DNA of 64,000 nt from Nemertoderma westbladi (taxonomy: Eukaryota > Animalia > Xenacoelomorpha). The notes beneath the pieces are model-generated. The model was not told the origin of the DNA and ran no database searches. It saw only the letters and a program-made list of their open reading frames with translations. Below, piece after piece: positions 62,763-64,000 of the stretch. Position numbers and translations under genes: made by a program. Location of the stretch: positions 37,173 through 101,172 of the forward strand of contig JAUCBJ010008204.1 of the NCBI GenBank assembly GCA_032718475.1, written 5' to 3'. Numbering within the stretch: position 1 is the first letter of the stretch; each line of letters opens with the position of its first letter.

Positions 62763-63578
62763 TTAATTGTTTTGTTTGTTCCCATGAAAACAACTCCATC
62801 TCCATTGTCCAATACGTATTAATTCCAGCATCCTCTCGAAGTCATTTACTAATATTTTATAATCGGACTGCGTTAGACCAAAATCTAGGAAGCACTGGCT
62901 ATTTCCCAACAACCATTCGTAATTTCTTTTAACTGCTTCTTCAATGCGTTGTGACCAATCGAGGCTAATTACATTTGGAAATCCGGCCTTTCTAAATAAT
63001 TTCGCGTATTCGGCAAGGTGCGGCACTTTTCCGTATCCCCTCTTGTTGTGCTCCTCTTTAAGAGCATCGGATTGCTTTGCTTCTTCAATAGCAGTGAAGT
63101 CAGTTAAACAGAAAGCCCCACCTGGCTTCAACCATTTCAATATGTTATTAAGTGCTTCCTGTTTCTGATCTGTGTTCCAAAATATCAGTGCGTTATATGA
63201 AAAAACAGCATCAAACGAATCAGCTGCAAAGTCAGATTCTATCACATTTCCCAGTTGGAATTTAACGCTACCTTGTAAGTTTTTATCCATACCACGCTCA
63301 ATGGCTAATTCGTAGGAATCCTTTGCAATCTCTATTCCCAGAACATCGACCATGTGTGTATCAGCCATGTAGAAAGCCGGCCCTCCGGTACAACTTCCTA
63401 TGTCTAACACACGCCATCCTTTCTGTAATCCCAACAGCTCCACTGCTGGTTTAGTGGTCTCTAGACCACCTGGACTCATAAATCCGTGACCAAAAACTTT
63501 CTCCCACATCGTTATGTGGTCTTTGTTAAAACGCTCTTCTTCCAAGAACCTTTGCTTATCATCATCTCTGAATGTCAT
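62763..63578 (-). CDS. Class I SAM-dependent methyltransferase, phosphoethanolamine N-methyltransferase-like, single domain, intronless
   Basis: WEKVFGHGFMSPGGLETT, motif I RVLDIGSCTGG, SFDAVFS, KWLKPGG.FCLTDF, terminal QWRWSCF. Confidence 0.8.
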   Translation of the reverse strand: MTFRDDDKQRFLEEERFNKDHITMWEKVFGHGFMSPGGLETTKPAVELLGLQKGWRVLDIGSCTGGPAFYMADTHMVDVLGIEIAKDSYELAIERGMDKNLQGSVKFQLGNVIESDFAADSFDAVFSYNALIFWNTDQKQEALNNILKWLKPGGAFCLTDFTAIEEAKQSDALKEEHNKRGYGKVPHLAEYAKLFRKAGFPNVISLDWSQRIEEAVKRNYEWLLGNSQCFLDFGLTQSDYKILVNDFERMLELIRIGQWRWSCFHGNKQNN

Positions 63579-64000
63579 TATCTCATCCCTTGTTGAGGCT
63601 TCTTTTCAAAGTTCAAAGCGACGCACAATTAGCTTATTAGCTTACTGTAGATGCAAACAAGGTCTGTTCAATAGAGCCAACTAAATAATGAATTATTTTA
63701 TTTTTTATGTGTTTTTTCAGTGAAAGTAGAATAGATACAGTAAGTGAACCAATTTAACTGTCTGTAACGGTCTGTGTGTTTAATTAATTCCCCATTATTA
63801 GCTAAAGAGATTATTATTAGCGGTTAACCGTTTAATTGACATCACATAGGCCGTACTGTAGGTATTCCCTCCAGGAAAAGGTGGCAATGTATGCATAACC
63901 TTTGAATCACCTATTAGGCTTACTCTAGCCAGAATAAGGAAGTGGCGCAAGCGAGTTTGTGATGGTGAAAAATGATCTCCAGCGCATTTATCGCCAAATA

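Overview
Eukaryotic, most likely invertebrate animal, genomic DNA: AT-rich and dense in transposable elements. No prokaryotic features were found. Conserved genes: YBX1-like cold-shock protein, RPL23A, SAC3D1, UBA6, MED28, a 6-exon TMEM120, the two 3'-most coding exons of beta-mannosidase (MANBA), two RBM45 paralogs and a single-domain phosphoethanolamine N-methyltransferase-like gene. Eight of these CDSs are intronless, yet MANBA has a ~17-kb intron containing one antisense RBM45 copy, and the two RBM45 copies share patchy near-identical blocks that suggest gene conversion. Intergenic DNA holds a decayed DD41D Tc1/mariner element, several TIR/foldback elements with identifiable TSDs, LINE fragments and three satellites; the 10-bp satellite visibly grew out of one TIR. 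The most notable observation is at 22.9-23.5 kb: two copies of a minimal type I hammerhead ribozyme with palindromic stem III, one directly behind a tRNA-like Pol III A/B-box promoter, in a ~407-bp partly inverted tandem unit. This resembles a retrozyme or ribozyme-bearing SINE. All calls were made by eye, without database searches.
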